64,000 nucleotides of DNA from an uncultured candidate division Zixibacteria bacterium (GTDB taxonomy: Bacteria > Zixibacteria > MSB-5A5 > UBA10806 > 4484-95). A program made the translations under genes and the position numbers. This document shows, in pieces, positions 41,413 to 52,843 of this stretch (the stretch's first letter is position 1; each line of letters starts with the position of its first letter). The stretch covers positions 640,001 through 704,000 of the forward strand of contig CAXXKA010000008.1 of assembly GCA_963668625.2 (NCBI GenBank), given 5' to 3'. The notes beneath the pieces were generated by a model. The model saw only the letters and a list, made by a program, of their open reading frames with translations. It was not told the origin of the DNA and ran no database searches.

Positions 41413-42062
41413 CCCTAAGGAGAAGACACCTGGGACACGTACGATTATACAGAGCCTTACCGATCCTAACAGCGGTTACATGTGTCGTGACCGCAAGGGC
41501 GAAGGTTTTTGCTATCTTGATCATGTTACCACCGACAGTAAACAGAATATAATAACGGATGTTTATGTAACACCCGGTAATGTACACGATTCGGTTCCTT
41601 ATTTAAAGAGGTTGGATTATCAGATAGAAAAGTTCAATTTTGGTGTTGGTGGCGTTGGTCTGGATGCCGGTTACAGCACGACTCCTATTTGTAAGGGGCT
41701 TGCTGATCATCAGATATTCGGTGTGATTCAGTATGCTAGAGTACGTTGTAAGGGGCTTAAGTATCAGAAGCGTCATTTTAAATATAATTCTACGAAAGAT
41801 GTTTATATTTGTCCGGAGGGTCATGAGCTTTGTTAGAGGTATTAAAAAGGTCACCGAACAGTGTTTGATGACTGCCATTGCCATGAACATAAAGAAGATA
41901 GCCTGTTGTTTTCATTATGTTATCTATTATTGGTTGAAAACTCGGTTAAATCCGGCGTTTTGATTTCAACAACTCGATTCTACGCAATCTAAATTAACAA
42001 TCCTTTAAAATATTACAAAAACAAAAGGGAGTCTCGAAAAACTCCCTTTTGCCATCAGTCTG
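41413..42062 (+). pseudogene. IS1182-family transposase remnant (5'-truncated, internally deleted) with right end
   Basis: SLTDPNSGYM..GFCYLDH..IITDVYVTPGNVHDS..GLDAGY..YICPEG, then a jump to RGIKKVTEQCLMTAIAMNIKKIA; ends ...gccatcagtctg. Confidence 0.85.
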
Positions 42063-42063
42063 A

Positions 42064-42083
42064 AGGGAGCATTGCTGCTCCCT
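42064..42083 (-). terminator. Hairpin downstream of the C25 peptidase gene, abutting the IS1182 end
   Basis: AGGGAGCA-ttgc-TGCTCCCT. Confidence 0.5.
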
Positions 42084-42109
42084 CGTAAATATCAATTCAA
42101 ATCAGTTTT

Positions 42110-45100
42110 CTATTTAACCATAACCATCTTACGAGATTCCGTGAAATCATCGGCGGTAATCTTATAGAAATATATGCCGGTTGCGTATGGTGAGGCATTC
42201 CAGATCACGCTGTGATAACCGGCCGGCATCGCCTGATCCACGAGTGTTTCTACCTTACGTCCGAGTATATCGTAAATCTCCAGCTTAACCGGCGATTGCT
42301 CGGGCAGGTTGAAATTAATCGTGGTTTGAGGATTAAACGGATTGGGGTAGTTTTGCATAAGCTCATAAGTTAGCGGCAAGGCATTTTCGCCATCATCGAT
42401 ATCCGTAGGCTGAGCCGGCAAATAAGCCTCGTTAGAATAATTGCTTTCGGTGTCGCCGTCGTATATGGCGGTAATAACGTAGTAATTTTCACGGGTAGGA
42501 ATACATTCCTCATCCACGAAAGAAAGCTCGGTTATTAAAACGTCATTAACCGGCGTATCCCCGTATTGGGCTGGCTCATCGTTTCTGTATACGTTGTAAC
42601 CGTCCGGAGTTATACCCTCCGGAGCGACCCAACCGAGAATTACCTCGGATTGATTTACCAGTTCGACATCCAGATTGCCGGGAACCGGGTAAGGATTATC
42701 GGCCGTGATTTTAATATCATCGACGAACCATCCCTCCTCGGGAACACTGCCATCCGAGCCGAAACGGAATCGTATGTTAGCTGTTTCATTGGCGTAATCG
42801 CCGAGATCGAAAGTGATTTCCCGCCAGTTGCTCGTGCCCGAGAAAATCGGGGTTTCGGCGCTGAACGGTCCCGGAGTTCCGCCAATCCGTACGAAATATG
42901 GGTATCCGCCAACCGGGAATATCTGCTCCCAGTTTTCGCCGCCATCGATACTGAGCTCAACCAGGCCGCCATCATAAGCGTAGCTGGGATAGCTCGTGCT
43001 GTACTCGGCTCTAATCCACTGCCAGTATTTCAGAAGGCAGTTTTCGTTTAGATTGAGTTCCGACATTTCCAATCCGGCGTCGAGAAGATTGGCGTAGTCG
43101 CCCGATCCCTCATCGCCGCATTTCCAGCTATACTGACCGGACTCCGTATGATTGCGTTGATCGCTCAAATGCCATTGATCCAAGAATCCGCTCGAGATGT
43201 TAGAATGTTCCCAATCGCTCACGCCGCTTTCGAATGATTCGCTCATTCCACCGACAAGCATAGTAAAAGTCATACTGCTAAAATGGCCGTTGGAGGCATC
43301 CACTGAAAGCGTGAAACTAACGTCTTTTGGTATGGGACAATCCTCACTGACCGTTAGCATGCAGGCTGAATTTAAAGAAGCCTGCCCGCCCGGAGCTATT
43401 GGCCCACCGGGAGCGCCGTTGCCGGTAATCGTGATATTAGGATCATTGGTAAACACCAGCCCGTCGAACTCACCCAATTCACTGCTGCCTGAATTAAGAA
43501 TGCTGGGATTGAATTCAATGGTTTCGCCGGGATCGATAATACCGTCGCCGTTACCAGCCATATCATCGATGGTACATGAGACAAACGATGTAACAGGGGC
43601 GTGGGCAACCAGGTTGATCGTCCGTGTCCACGGATCCTCGCTGCCATCGGCGTACATCTCAACCTCTATACCGATATTATGCATATCCGGGCAATTAGGC
43701 GAGATACTAATAGTATAGCTATCCTCGCTCATGCCTGTTTCACCCGGGGCCATATCACCGAAAGAAGCGGTATTATCGATTGTGAATACATACGGATCAT
43801 CGCAGGAGATTAAAGCATAAATGTTATCCGCGTTCTCGCTACCGACATTCTCCAGGGTCATCCACAGCTCGATAGTCTCACCGTAATCCAGTATGCCGTC
43901 ATCATTGCCGCCGAGTTCATCATCGATTTCGTAGTTTTCATATGCAATATAAGGACCTTCAGGAGGAACTACGTCGATAGTAGTTTCATACATATCGAAA
44001 TTATGCGCGGTTGCTACGAGGTTCAGCTCCGTGGTATCATCCAGGCTGCCGATAATATCGATCGTAACTACGCCGGACTCATTGGTGAGGCCCCGGCCAA
44101 TACAAACGCCATTTTGAGATAGGGCGACACGGGCTCCGGAAATAGGATCGTCATCGCTATCGGCTAAGGTTACGGAAAAATCCTCCATACCGATCAGGAT
44201 CACATTGTCGTGACCGGCTGTCATCGGTACCGGCGCGGCCAACCACAGATCTAGTGTCGGATCGCCGAACAGGTTTGAGCAATAATGACACCAGCGGTTT
44301 TGCGCGAAATCTATATATGGTATATTATCCAGCTTGGCGTCGCTCTGGGTTTCGCCAACCCGAGTGATATTCTCATCAAGCATGGCATCGAAAAATTGTC
44401 TGTCGTAATACTGGGATGAGCCGTTGGTGCTGTCAACATCGCCCCAACCGTAGCGGCTGTTAGTTACCAGAATAACCGGGCCGTTCTCGATCGTGGTCCA
44501 GACCTCGGATATGCAATCCTGGCCGTAGCTTCCGTAAGAATCGCGGTTATCGAATGCACCGCAGTAACAGCCCTGCGAGTAAACGAGATAGTAACCATGG
44601 GTAACGCCGTCATTGGTGAAATTGTTATCGTTGATATTGCTATTATACAATTTCATCATGTAGGTATTATTGGCGTGTCCCAGATGGTTTACCAGTCCCA
44701 TACCGGCATTCAATCTCGGTACGAGATCGCCCAATGGGCTCCAGTCGCCGTTTAGATCATACAGCGTATCCTGATCGAAACCATAGCGTGGGAATCCCGC
44801 CGTATGATATCCCCAGGCATCCGATCCACAGCGTATTTCCTCTTTATAGGCTCGTCCCCAAACCTCCCAACCAAGGTCCTCACCGGTCATCAGGATATTG
44901 TTAACATCCTCGGCCACTGGCTGGTATTGGTACAAAATGGTTTTATTGATGAAATTTTCGGCCTCTGTCGGCGAATCTACCGCCATTCTTCCGATATAAA
45001 CCTCGCCGGCTAAATCGGCCTCGTCGGGCTCTCCCCAGCGGTTATCGCCATCTTGGTTCCAGGAGCCGTCCAGCCCGGCAAAATATATATCCGCCGGAAC

Positions 45101-46039
45101 ATCAAACTCATCCTCATAGCCACCTGCGTCATCGTATAAACCGCGATGAGGTACCAGCTCGGTATCGCCGGCCAGGAGCACGTATTCAACCCCGTGATTC
45201 TGGTACTGATCGATAATACAGTTCCTGATCATATCCTGCTGGTCACTACCGGTATATTGGCCGTAAATATCTGAAACCAGCATGATCTCGGTAAGGAAAC
45301 CGGTACGATTCTTATACGCGGCCAATTCCTCGAACGAGCTTTGCAGCGACTCCTCGGTGATAATCAGGTAATCATAATTACCGTCATCATCGACATCCAG
45401 AGAGGTTTGACCGTAGTATGAATTTATCGATTCGGTGTTATCTATATAACCGGTCAATTTCCGGTTGGTTTTACTATCGGTTCTTAAAAACATGCGATAG
45501 GCATCGTTGGCTTTCGCTGATGGCTCGGTTATGATATTAACCTCGATTTGCCTGTAATAATAAAGCTCGCCTGTTTTGGGATAGTACTCGAACGGACAGA
45601 CATTGAAATAAGCGATACCATGGCCGCGGAAAAACTGGGTGCTCAATCCCTGCTCCATTGTCGACGGGTATTTGCTATCGCTTTGGTAAACCGACACTAG
45701 AGGCTCGGTGCGCTCGAATGGTCCGGCGTACCCGATAGGGTATTGCCTGTTGGCCGGCGCGATATCGTAACTGCCCTGGACTTTCACCCTGTCGCCCAGC
45801 ACGTACTCTATCCTGACTGCCTCCTCACCCGCCGGTAGAAGAATAGACATTGCCTGACGGGGAAGCGGCGGTTCACCCGGGTTCGAGATAGTAAGGCATC
45901 CCGGAAGTGTAACACTTGCCAGGTTGTCAGCCTGTTTGATCTCTGGTTGATCGAAGTAAAGGGTTCTGCTAACCTGGCCTGCCGAAACGATGCCGGCCAT
46001 CATGCAGATTAATCCCAAAATAACCATCAGCTTGCGCAT
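42110..46039 (-). CDS. Secreted gingipain-like C25 cysteine peptidase (propeptide, C25, Ig-like, FN3, YPNPFN CTD)
   Basis: PGEPPLP propeptide, DYLIIT, YVLLAGD, IGRM, NHLGH and SQGC catalytic motifs, NLFGDP, QNYPNPFNP CTD. Confidence 0.9.
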   Translation of the reverse strand: MRKLMVILGLICMMAGIVSAGQVSRTLYFDQPEIKQADNLASVTLPGCLTISNPGEPPLPRQAMSILLPAGEEAVRIEYVLGDRVKVQGSYDIAPANRQYPIGYAGPFERTEPLVSVYQSDSKYPSTMEQGLSTQFFRGHGIAYFNVCPFEYYPKTGELYYYRQIEVNIITEPSAKANDAYRMFLRTDSKTNRKLTGYIDNTESINSYYGQTSLDVDDDGNYDYLIITEESLQSSFEELAAYKNRTGFLTEIMLVSDIYGQYTGSDQQDMIRNCIIDQYQNHGVEYVLLAGDTELVPHRGLYDDAGGYEDEFDVPADIYFAGLDGSWNQDGDNRWGEPDEADLAGEVYIGRMAVDSPTEAENFINKTILYQYQPVAEDVNNILMTGEDLGWEVWGRAYKEEIRCGSDAWGYHTAGFPRYGFDQDTLYDLNGDWSPLGDLVPRLNAGMGLVNHLGHANNTYMMKLYNSNINDNNFTNDGVTHGYYLVYSQGCYCGAFDNRDSYGSYGQDCISEVWTTIENGPVILVTNSRYGWGDVDSTNGSSQYYDRQFFDAMLDENITRVGETQSDAKLDNIPYIDFAQNRWCHYCSNLFGDPTLDLWLAAPVPMTAGHDNVILIGMEDFSVTLADSDDDPISGARVALSQNGVCIGRGLTNESGVVTIDIIGSLDDTTELNLVATAHNFDMYETTIDVVPPEGPYIAYENYEIDDELGGNDDGILDYGETIELWMTLENVGSENADNIYALISCDDPYVFTIDNTASFGDMAPGETGMSEDSYTISISPNCPDMHNIGIEVEMYADGSEDPWTRTINLVAHAPVTSFVSCTIDDMAGNGDGIIDPGETIEFNPSILNSGSSELGEFDGLVFTNDPNITITGNGAPGGPIAPGGQASLNSACMLTVSEDCPIPKDVSFTLSVDASNGHFSSMTFTMLVGGMSESFESGVSDWEHSNISSGFLDQWHLSDQRNHTESGQYSWKCGDEGSGDYANLLDAGLEMSELNLNENCLLKYWQWIRAEYSTSYPSYAYDGGLVELSIDGGENWEQIFPVGGYPYFVRIGGTPGPFSAETPIFSGTSNWREITFDLGDYANETANIRFRFGSDGSVPEEGWFVDDIKITADNPYPVPGNLDVELVNQSEVILGWVAPEGITPDGYNVYRNDEPAQYGDTPVNDVLITELSFVDEECIPTRENYYVITAIYDGDTESNYSNEAYLPAQPTDIDDGENALPLTYELMQNYPNPFNPQTTINFNLPEQSPVKLEIYDILGRKVETLVDQAMPAGYHSVIWNASPYATGIYFYKITADDFTESRKMVMVK

Positions 46040-46559
46040 GCTTGTATCTCCTTTCGATATGTTTACGGAGCTAATATTCTAAATATAACAGAATTTGATA
46101 CAATTTCCATACCAAAATGGCTAATTGCTATCAAATAAGCCAAGCCTATATTAGCTAAAGAATTAACAGAAATAAATCGGTACGAAAAAATAATTTTGGT
46201 AAGGAATTTGTGATTAATAATAACATCAATACTATTCGCTGATAATTAGCGTTATAAACATATACAATTGAACAATTTATGTTACCATTAATAACTAAAA
46301 CATATTCGCTAAATTGGTTAATTTCTAATAAATAAACTGTGTTGTTTCTGATCTCAAAGTAGCGTAGCCCGAAGGTCTTATCATATATATTATTATGACA
46401 GTCAATATCCCTGACAACACCTTGCCGGTCAAGACTTGATATAACTGAAAGCATAAGGTTTGAATAAACAATTAATGATATATCAAGGTAATTCTTCTCG
46501 GAATATCAATTAGCTGCAAGTATATTCAGGCAAATTCAATCTAATATTAAAGCAATGGG

Positions 46560-47339
46560 GTGGATTTGAAAGAAATACGAAGGGATTCTAAAATAGGTCT
46601 GGCGCTTGGTGGGGGCGCGGTTCTCGGTGCTGCTCATATTGGAGTGTTGAAAGCGCTCGATGATTACGATATCAAGCCAGCCTGCATAGCGGGCACGAGT
46701 ATAGGCTCGTTCGTCGGAGCGCTTTACGCGTTCGGTAAATGCTCTGAAGAGGTAGAAAAAATCGGGCTGGATTTGAAATGGCTGGACATATCGGGGTTAT
46801 CCCTTTCTCATTTCGGTTTATTATCCAATAAAAAGATGGCTAAACTTCTAAATGAAAATATCAGCGAGGCATTGTTCGATCAGGCCTCAATACCGTTTTC
46901 CGTGATAGCCACCGATATTTCCAACGGCGAGAAGGCTACCCTTAGCACCGGCAGTGTCGCCTCGGCTGTCATGGCCAGTACCTGCATTCCCGGAATATTC
47001 AAACCGGTTGAAATTGGGGGCAGGCTTTTAGTTGATGGCGGTATAGTCGAGAACGTGCCGGTCTCTCCACTCAAAGATATGGGAGCCGAAATTATCATCG
47101 GTGTGGATTTGATCTCCGGGTTATCACATAAACGACCGCATAACATTATCGAGGTACTGCTTAATTCATTCATGTTCGCCCTGCAAACGGCATCCAAGAT
47201 TCAGACCGAGGCGGCGGATATACTGATAAAGCCGGATTTATCGGCATTCAATATGGTCGATACCGACCAGGCGCCGAAGTTGATCGAAGAAGGTTATGAT
47301 GAGGCGATCTCGGTGCTGAACGAATACGTTATAATCTAG
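46560..47339 (+). CDS. Patatin-like phospholipase
   Basis: GGGAVLG, GTSIG, DGG. Confidence 0.9.
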   Translation: MDLKEIRRDSKIGLALGGGAVLGAAHIGVLKALDDYDIKPACIAGTSIGSFVGALYAFGKCSEEVEKIGLDLKWLDISGLSLSHFGLLSNKKMAKLLNENISEALFDQASIPFSVIATDISNGEKATLSTGSVASAVMASTCIPGIFKPVEIGGRLLVDGGIVENVPVSPLKDMGAEIIIGVDLISGLSHKRPHNIIEVLLNSFMFALQTASKIQTEAADILIKPDLSAFNMVDTDQAPKLIEEGYDEAISVLNEYVII

Positions 47340-47391
47340 GGTAAATTTTGACCTTGAAACAATTCCATATAGGACTATAACTAAATCGTAT

Positions 47392-47808
47392 TTACTGAAG
47401 GTTTCTATAGTAGTGAAAGCTGGAAAGCAATAATGCCGAGCCGATCGCGATATAGAATGGAGCTAGATATATTTTCGGGATAGGCGAGTGACGAAGCCCG
47501 TAGCCCATAGATATCATTATCAGCACGATAAAATAGCTTCGCTTATCCTGGAAAGCGAACAGGCAAACTTTGTCTTTACCCGGCGCCTGGGCATGGATTC
47601 TGTTCAAATTCTTTTTAGCCAGTTTGACAAACTGCAACCGGTATATCGCGAAGCCAAGTGTAATACCGATGGCTATCGATAGCAGCCAGTTACCGGAGTT
47701 AATATATATCCACATACCGGCGACCGTAATCAGCGCGACTCCGACTATACTCCAGAGCAGCCCGGCCAGGAACACCAGCATTTTTCTATTTACAGCAGGT
47801 GTATTCAT
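47392..47808 (-). CDS. Conserved 4-TM membrane protein
   Basis: Four hydrophobic segments; LAGLLW..VG, FAFQ..SY...MI.MG..LRH. Confidence 0.7.
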   Translation of the reverse strand: MNTPAVNRKMLVFLAGLLWSIVGVALITVAGMWIYINSGNWLLSIAIGITLGFAIYRLQFVKLAKKNLNRIHAQAPGKDKVCLFAFQDKRSYFIVLIMISMGYGLRHSPIPKIYLAPFYIAIGSALLLSSFHYYRNLQ

Positions 47809-47925
47809 TTGGGTGATATAATAAATCTAGAAGAGAATGGCAAGTTTAACCGCCGATGTTAAGTTGACAACTCGTTACATTGAGATGCCAGGCGTAAGAA
47901 GTCTTTAATTCCACCCCTCTGTTGC

Positions 47926-48921
47926 CTAAAACTTCTTCTCATGCACATGACAGTACGGTGTCTTGCCGTTGCCCTCGTAGTAATCCTGATGGTAATCCTC
48001 GGCGGCATAGAATTCGCCCGCTTTCTCAACCTCGGTGACTACCTTATAGCCTTTTTCTTTGAGTACATCTATCAGCCTATCGGCGGTAAATTTCTGCTCG
48101 GCGCTGGTATAGAATACCGCCGAACGATACTGCGGGCCGATGTCGGGCCCCTGGCGGTTCTCCTGGCCGGGATCATGTATCTCGAAAAAGTACTTGGCCA
48201 ACTCCTCGAACGATATTTTCGCCGGATCGAATTTTACCTCAACCGCCTCTGCATGGCCGGTGTTTTCGTGGCATACTTGATAGTATGTCGGGTTCTCCAC
48301 ATGTCCGCCCATGAATCCGGAACGGGCATCGATGACACCATCTAGTTGCTCCAATAGATACTCGACTCCCCAGAAACATCCACCGGCAAAATAAGCGGTT
48401 TCCACTTTACTCTCGGTGATCACTGGCGGAAGCTCCTCGTCTTTTGGCACGAAACTCAGAGATATCGAATTCACGCAGTGACGGACGTTTTTATCGGTGA
48501 AATGCTCACCCTCGAATACGTGGCCGAGATGGCCGCCGCAATTAGTACAGGTAATTTCCGTGCGATGACCATCGGCATCCAGGGTATGCCTGACCGCGCC
48601 GGGAATCTCATCATCGAAACTGGGCCAGCCGCAGCCGGAATCGAACTTATCGGTGGAGTGATAAAGTGGAGCGTTGCACTGTTTACAGATAAACGTACCG
48701 TTATCCTTGAAATGCTCGTATTTACCGCTGCCGGGACGCTCGGTACCTTTATGTACGATAACTCGCGCCTCCTCCGGGGTTAACTCGTTATATTTCATTT
48801 CGCTACTCTCCCCCATATCGTTGTCGGCGTATGATGATTTCTGTGATATCGTCAATCCGATGAATACCGCCAGTATTATCATCGCTATGCCTAATCCTGC
48901 CGAATATGTTTTCATGTTCAT
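47926..48921 (-). CDS. msrAB: Exported methionine sulfoxide reductase MsrB-MsrA fusion
   Basis: Signal/anchor; GTERP, SGCGWPSF, GHLGHVF, RHCVNS (MsrB); FAGGCFWG, AEDYHQDY (MsrA). Confidence 0.92.
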   Translation of the reverse strand: MNMKTYSAGLGIAMIILAVFIGLTISQKSSYADNDMGESSEMKYNELTPEEARVIVHKGTERPGSGKYEHFKDNGTFICKQCNAPLYHSTDKFDSGCGWPSFDDEIPGAVRHTLDADGHRTEITCTNCGGHLGHVFEGEHFTDKNVRHCVNSISLSFVPKDEELPPVITESKVETAYFAGGCFWGVEYLLEQLDGVIDARSGFMGGHVENPTYYQVCHENTGHAEAVEVKFDPAKISFEELAKYFFEIHDPGQENRQGPDIGPQYRSAVFYTSAEQKFTADRLIDVLKEKGYKVVTEVEKAGEFYAAEDYHQDYYEGNGKTPYCHVHEKKF

Positions 48922-49110
48922 CTCCTTATTAAGGCATTGCTGTTAGTGTAAACAAAGAATCGCGGCGTAATTGTTTCCACTATGACGGGAAAATGTCATA
49001 ATTACAAAAGTTAAACATTTATTGTCACAGTAACAACATAGCCGTTGATTAAAATGGCTTTACGATGAATTATAAAATATCAATGATGATCGAAGATTTT
49101 TAACCGGCAG

Positions 49111-49836
49111 GTGAATATGACATTCAAGAATTCTTACGAGGATATAACCCGGGCCGAATCGTATGCCAAACTGGAATACCCCGGTACTTACTATCTGGCA
49201 TTTCGGGATATCCCCGGGTTTCTAAATATGCATGTAATCGGCAAACAGTCGCTCGATTTCGGCTGTGGTACCGGACGGTCTACCCGTTACCTTAAAAGCC
49301 TGGGATTCGATACGATCGGAATCGATATATCGAAGGAGATGCTGGCCATTGCCCGCCGTCTCGATAGCGAAGGGGAGTATCTGCTGGTAGATAATGGAGA
49401 CCTAAGCGCGCTCGAGGGCAGAAGGTTCGATCTTGTTTTCTCCTCATTCACTTTCGATAATATTCCCTCGATAAGTAATAAGATTGGTTTATTTGCGCAG
49501 TTCAAATCTATGCTGAACGAAAACGGAGTCATGTTGAACATGGTCTCCACACCGGATATGTATTTGAACGAGTGGCATTCGTTTTCGACAAAAGATTACC
49601 CGGAAAACCATCGGGCCAAGGCCGGTGATATTGTCAGAATTATCACTACCGCGGTTGAGGATAAACGTCCGGTGGAGGATATATTGATGACCGATGAGGC
49701 GTACCGCGAGGTATATGCTAAAGCCGGTTTAACGGTTATAGAAACTCACAGGCCTCTCGGTAAAGCACATGAGCCATACGACTGGGTGAACGAGACCAAG
49801 ATTGCTCCCTGGGCGATCTATATATTAAGAGCATAG
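49111..49836 (+). CDS. Class I SAM-dependent methyltransferase
   Basis: LDFGCGTGRS, GIDISKEML, FDLV. Confidence 0.88.
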   Translation: MNMTFKNSYEDITRAESYAKLEYPGTYYLAFRDIPGFLNMHVIGKQSLDFGCGTGRSTRYLKSLGFDTIGIDISKEMLAIARRLDSEGEYLLVDNGDLSALEGRRFDLVFSSFTFDNIPSISNKIGLFAQFKSMLNENGVMLNMVSTPDMYLNEWHSFSTKDYPENHRAKAGDIVRIITTAVEDKRPVEDILMTDEAYREVYAKAGLTVIETHRPLGKAHEPYDWVNETKIAPWAIYILRA

Positions 49837-49884
49837 ACGGATATCCGTTAATATCGAATCAGTCTGTTAGTAGGTTTCGGATAG

Positions 49885-51210
49885 CTAATTACCAACTCGT
49901 TTCTGGGCCGGGTAGGTATCGCCATCGCTGTCCAACTCGTAAAGCTCGACTATTTCCCCGTATATATCCCTGACGAATTGAACCCTGTATTTGGCGTAAT
50001 TCTCCTCAGCATATTTAAAAAGATCATTCCCCATAGGAACAAGCTCGTGATAGCCACCTCTGCCCCATGTATAAAATATTCTGTTGCATTTAACGGTGAT
50101 CGTGTCACTTTCGCCATAAACGCCTGCATATTCTAACAAGATTTCGCTATCTATAGTCACCTGGTTCATATCGCTCTCATAGTAAGTCATCGTCCATTCC
50201 AACAGATATCTCGTATCCTCGGCTTCCTCGGATTCGAGCAGATATTTGCATGCCTCAAAGTTGGCAACGATAAAGGCCTTATCGGTTGGAGTCTCAATAT
50301 CCGGTATTATCCCATTAATATAATTTGTTTTGGAGTACGGATTGATATCACTGGTGTACGGTACTTTCATATTGATTCCGAGTTCGGGGAAACTCATATA
50401 TTTAACCGAATGCGCCCCGCCTTTGGTTTTCTGGCCAATAATAGTCGCTTTGCCCAGTTGCTGAAGTTGATATGAGAACGCCTCGGTGGCCGAATATGAA
50501 AAGCCGCTCAGAAGAATATACACCGGAATATCAGTAAGCTTTGGCCCGGCTACGCTCTCCATTGTCCAGACTTCCTCGGTAGTATTGGTCGAACGGGTGT
50601 AAATATCGGTCAGATGCGTCCGCTTGTCGAAAAGGTAACTGCATAACAATATTCCCATATCCGTATCACCGCCTCCGTTCAAGCGAAGGTCAAAAATCAA
50701 GGCATCACAGTTAGCCACGAAATTCATTGCCGCAATCGCCGTTGCTCCGGCGCTCTTCGGATTATTAAAAGTAACGAGTTCGATATAACCGATATTTCCC
50801 GGCAGTATCTCTACTTTATGAAAGCCAAAATTATCCTCGGGGGAACCAAGTTTTGTTTCATGCGCCAGGTCATCGGGTATTTTCTCGTATGGATAAATCT
50901 TAATATGATGATCGTTGGATATCTCGCGCAGGTCCGAGGTCAATTTTGCCGTGAGCTCGGGAATTTCCGTAAGACTATCGTATTCGTACCTTCTATATTT
51001 ACCATTAATGTAATCGGTCATCGAAACAGCTACATCCTCCAAAGGATATAACTCATTAAATACCTTATCTATTTTACTAATAATCGCAGAACGTTTTTGG
51101 TTGCTCAGAATGGTATCGTCGGAGCTATAGTCATTTTGCGATAAAGCCGGAGTGACCAGAACCGAAAATACCAGGATTAGATAGGCTGCTAATTTTAATA
51201 ATCGATACAT
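49885..51210 (-). CDS. Secreted S41-family peptidase
   Basis: Signal peptide; LPGNIGYI, DLRLNGGG, YSATEAF, IIGQKTKG, GIIPDI. Confidence 0.9.
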   Translation of the reverse strand: MYRLLKLAAYLILVFSVLVTPALSQNDYSSDDTILSNQKRSAIISKIDKVFNELYPLEDVAVSMTDYINGKYRRYEYDSLTEIPELTAKLTSDLREISNDHHIKIYPYEKIPDDLAHETKLGSPEDNFGFHKVEILPGNIGYIELVTFNNPKSAGATAIAAMNFVANCDALIFDLRLNGGGDTDMGILLCSYLFDKRTHLTDIYTRSTNTTEEVWTMESVAGPKLTDIPVYILLSGFSYSATEAFSYQLQQLGKATIIGQKTKGGAHSVKYMSFPELGINMKVPYTSDINPYSKTNYINGIIPDIETPTDKAFIVANFEACKYLLESEEAEDTRYLLEWTMTYYESDMNQVTIDSEILLEYAGVYGESDTITVKCNRIFYTWGRGGYHELVPMGNDLFKYAEENYAKYRVQFVRDIYGEIVELYELDSDGDTYPAQKRVGN

Positions 51211-51377
51211 GGTAGTTCACCTTCTCCGTGGTTAAATATTAGTACAAGATTTATATTCATATTTATCTTACGAAAACAGGTTTCCAAAGTAACAAAATAA
51301 TATTAGCTAGAGAAATAATTCTATTTCATGATAATATTATTTCAACTAGCTACGAACTTACGGATTATCTTTCCCTT

Positions 51378-51474
51378 CTCGTTGCGACGCGCCGCTTCGC
51401 AACGTGGCTTCCGTGCAGGAAGAATGCTCATTTACATGACTCATGAAGGTTTCCAAGCAACACTTGGAAACCAG
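51378..51474. repeat. REPIN-like element, copy C (degenerate)
   Basis: ctcgttgcgacgcgccgcttcgcaacgtggctt...ggtttccaagcaacacttggaaaccag. Confidence 0.8.
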
Positions 51475-51577
51475 GCGGAAAAGATTATTCTATGAAATTA
51501 AATGGCAATAGTGTCAGGATGGCGCTCCGTTTTCATACTGACATATCCCGGCGTGGTAAGATATAACTATATATTAA

Positions 51578-52843
51578 CACTAGTGTCCGGGCTTTGAGGC
51601 TGGCTTGACAGACCTCCTATAATAAGGGTGTAAACGCTAATTATAACACCTTTGTTTACAGGAGGTTAAAAATGCAAGGGAAGGTTACAATACTTCGCCA
51701 GATAACGCAAATGATTTCTCGATACGATTTCCAAAAAGCAGTTTCGACTGGCAAAGGGCGGCATTTCACGGTTTCTTTCGGCTACTGGTCGCACCTGGTG
51801 GCGATGATATTCGGGCAATTATCGGAGCAGCAATCGCTGCGTGATCTGGTCTTGAATCTTTCCCGTCAGGCGCATAGGTTTTACCATCTGGGTATGTCAA
51901 AGATACGCCGTTCGACTTTTTCGGATGCCAACAATCATCGGCCCTCGGCAATATACGAGAACTTGTTTTACATATTATTGAATCGTTACGGTTGTCATTT
52001 TCAAGGCAAAAACCGGAAGCTGGGGAATAAATTATACTCAGTTGATTCGACGGTCATAGATTTGTGTCTGGGGTTATTTTATTGGGCTAAATTCAGAACG
52101 ACCAAGGCCGGTGTCAAGCTTCATGTCAGGTTAAACCATGATGGTTACATCCCTGATTTTGCGGTTGTCACCAATGCCAATATTCATGATTCCAGAGTCA
52201 GGAAGATGTTCAATTTACCGGCTGGCAGTATCGTGACTTTCGACAAAGGCTACAATGACTACAGTCTTTTCAAGTTATTAAATGATAAGGGGATAATCTT
52301 TGTCACGCGGCAGAAGAATAACGCTAAATACAAAGTAATCAAACGGTGTAGAACTAATCGTAAGCAAGGAGTCACCTCCGATCATTGGATTGAATTTACC
52401 GGTTTTTACTCCAAGCAAAAATGTTCGATTAGGCTGAGACGAATCCGTTATATCGATAAAGAAACCGGTAAAGTTTATGTATTCCTGACCAATGATTTCA
52501 AACATGCCGCCTCGACTATTGCCGACATTTATAAGCAGCGCTGGCAGATAGAATTGTTTTTTAAAGCGTTAAAACAGAACCTTGTGATCAAGACTTTCTG
52601 GGGTACCTCCAAGAACGCAGTATATTCCCAGATCTGGGTGGCTTTGATAATCTATTTGTTAATGAGCGCGCTGAAATACAAATACAAAATATCGGCCTCA
52701 GTTGGAAAGTTAATTCAGAGAATCCGGTCATTCGTGTTTGAAAAAGATGATGTCCTGAGATTCCTTAAAGACCAAATACCAATCCCAATACAAATCGCTC
52801 AAACATCTCAAATTAACCTGTCCCTAAAGGCCGGACACTAGTG
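51578..52843 (+). mobile_element. Complete IS4-family insertion sequence (1266 bp)
   Basis: TIR CACTAGTGTCCGG / CCGGACACTAGTG; 9-bp TSD ATATATTAA at 51569-51577 and 52844-52852. Confidence 0.93.
51672..52841 (+). CDS. IS4-family DDE transposase (DUF4372 + DDE_Tnp_1)
   Basis: SLRDL, RSTFSDAN, VDSTVI, KLH, FDKGY, FLTN, YKQRWQIELFFK (YREK); stop codon lies inside the right TIR. Confidence 0.95.
   Translation: MQGKVTILRQITQMISRYDFQKAVSTGKGRHFTVSFGYWSHLVAMIFGQLSEQQSLRDLVLNLSRQAHRFYHLGMSKIRRSTFSDANNHRPSAIYENLFYILLNRYGCHFQGKNRKLGNKLYSVDSTVIDLCLGLFYWAKFRTTKAGVKLHVRLNHDGYIPDFAVVTNANIHDSRVRKMFNLPAGSIVTFDKGYNDYSLFKLLNDKGIIFVTRQKNNAKYKVIKRCRTNRKQGVTSDHWIEFTGFYSKQKCSIRLRRIRYIDKETGKVYVFLTNDFKHAASTIADIYKQRWQIELFFKALKQNLVIKTFWGTSKNAVYSQIWVALIIYLLMSALKYKYKISASVGKLIQRIRSFVFEKDDVLRFLKDQIPIPIQIAQTSQINLSLKAGH

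Larger units (their letters stand above)
35132..42063. mobile_element. AT-rich, integrase-less genomic island remnant at tRNA-Lys
   Basis: Abrupt AT enrichment after the tRNA, duplicated segments, IS/MITE remnants and accessory secreted-protein genes. Confidence 0.65.

Noticed and set aside
46155-46454. 99-aa minus-strand ORF
   Set aside because: AT-rich divergent promoter region with no RBS or recognisable motif
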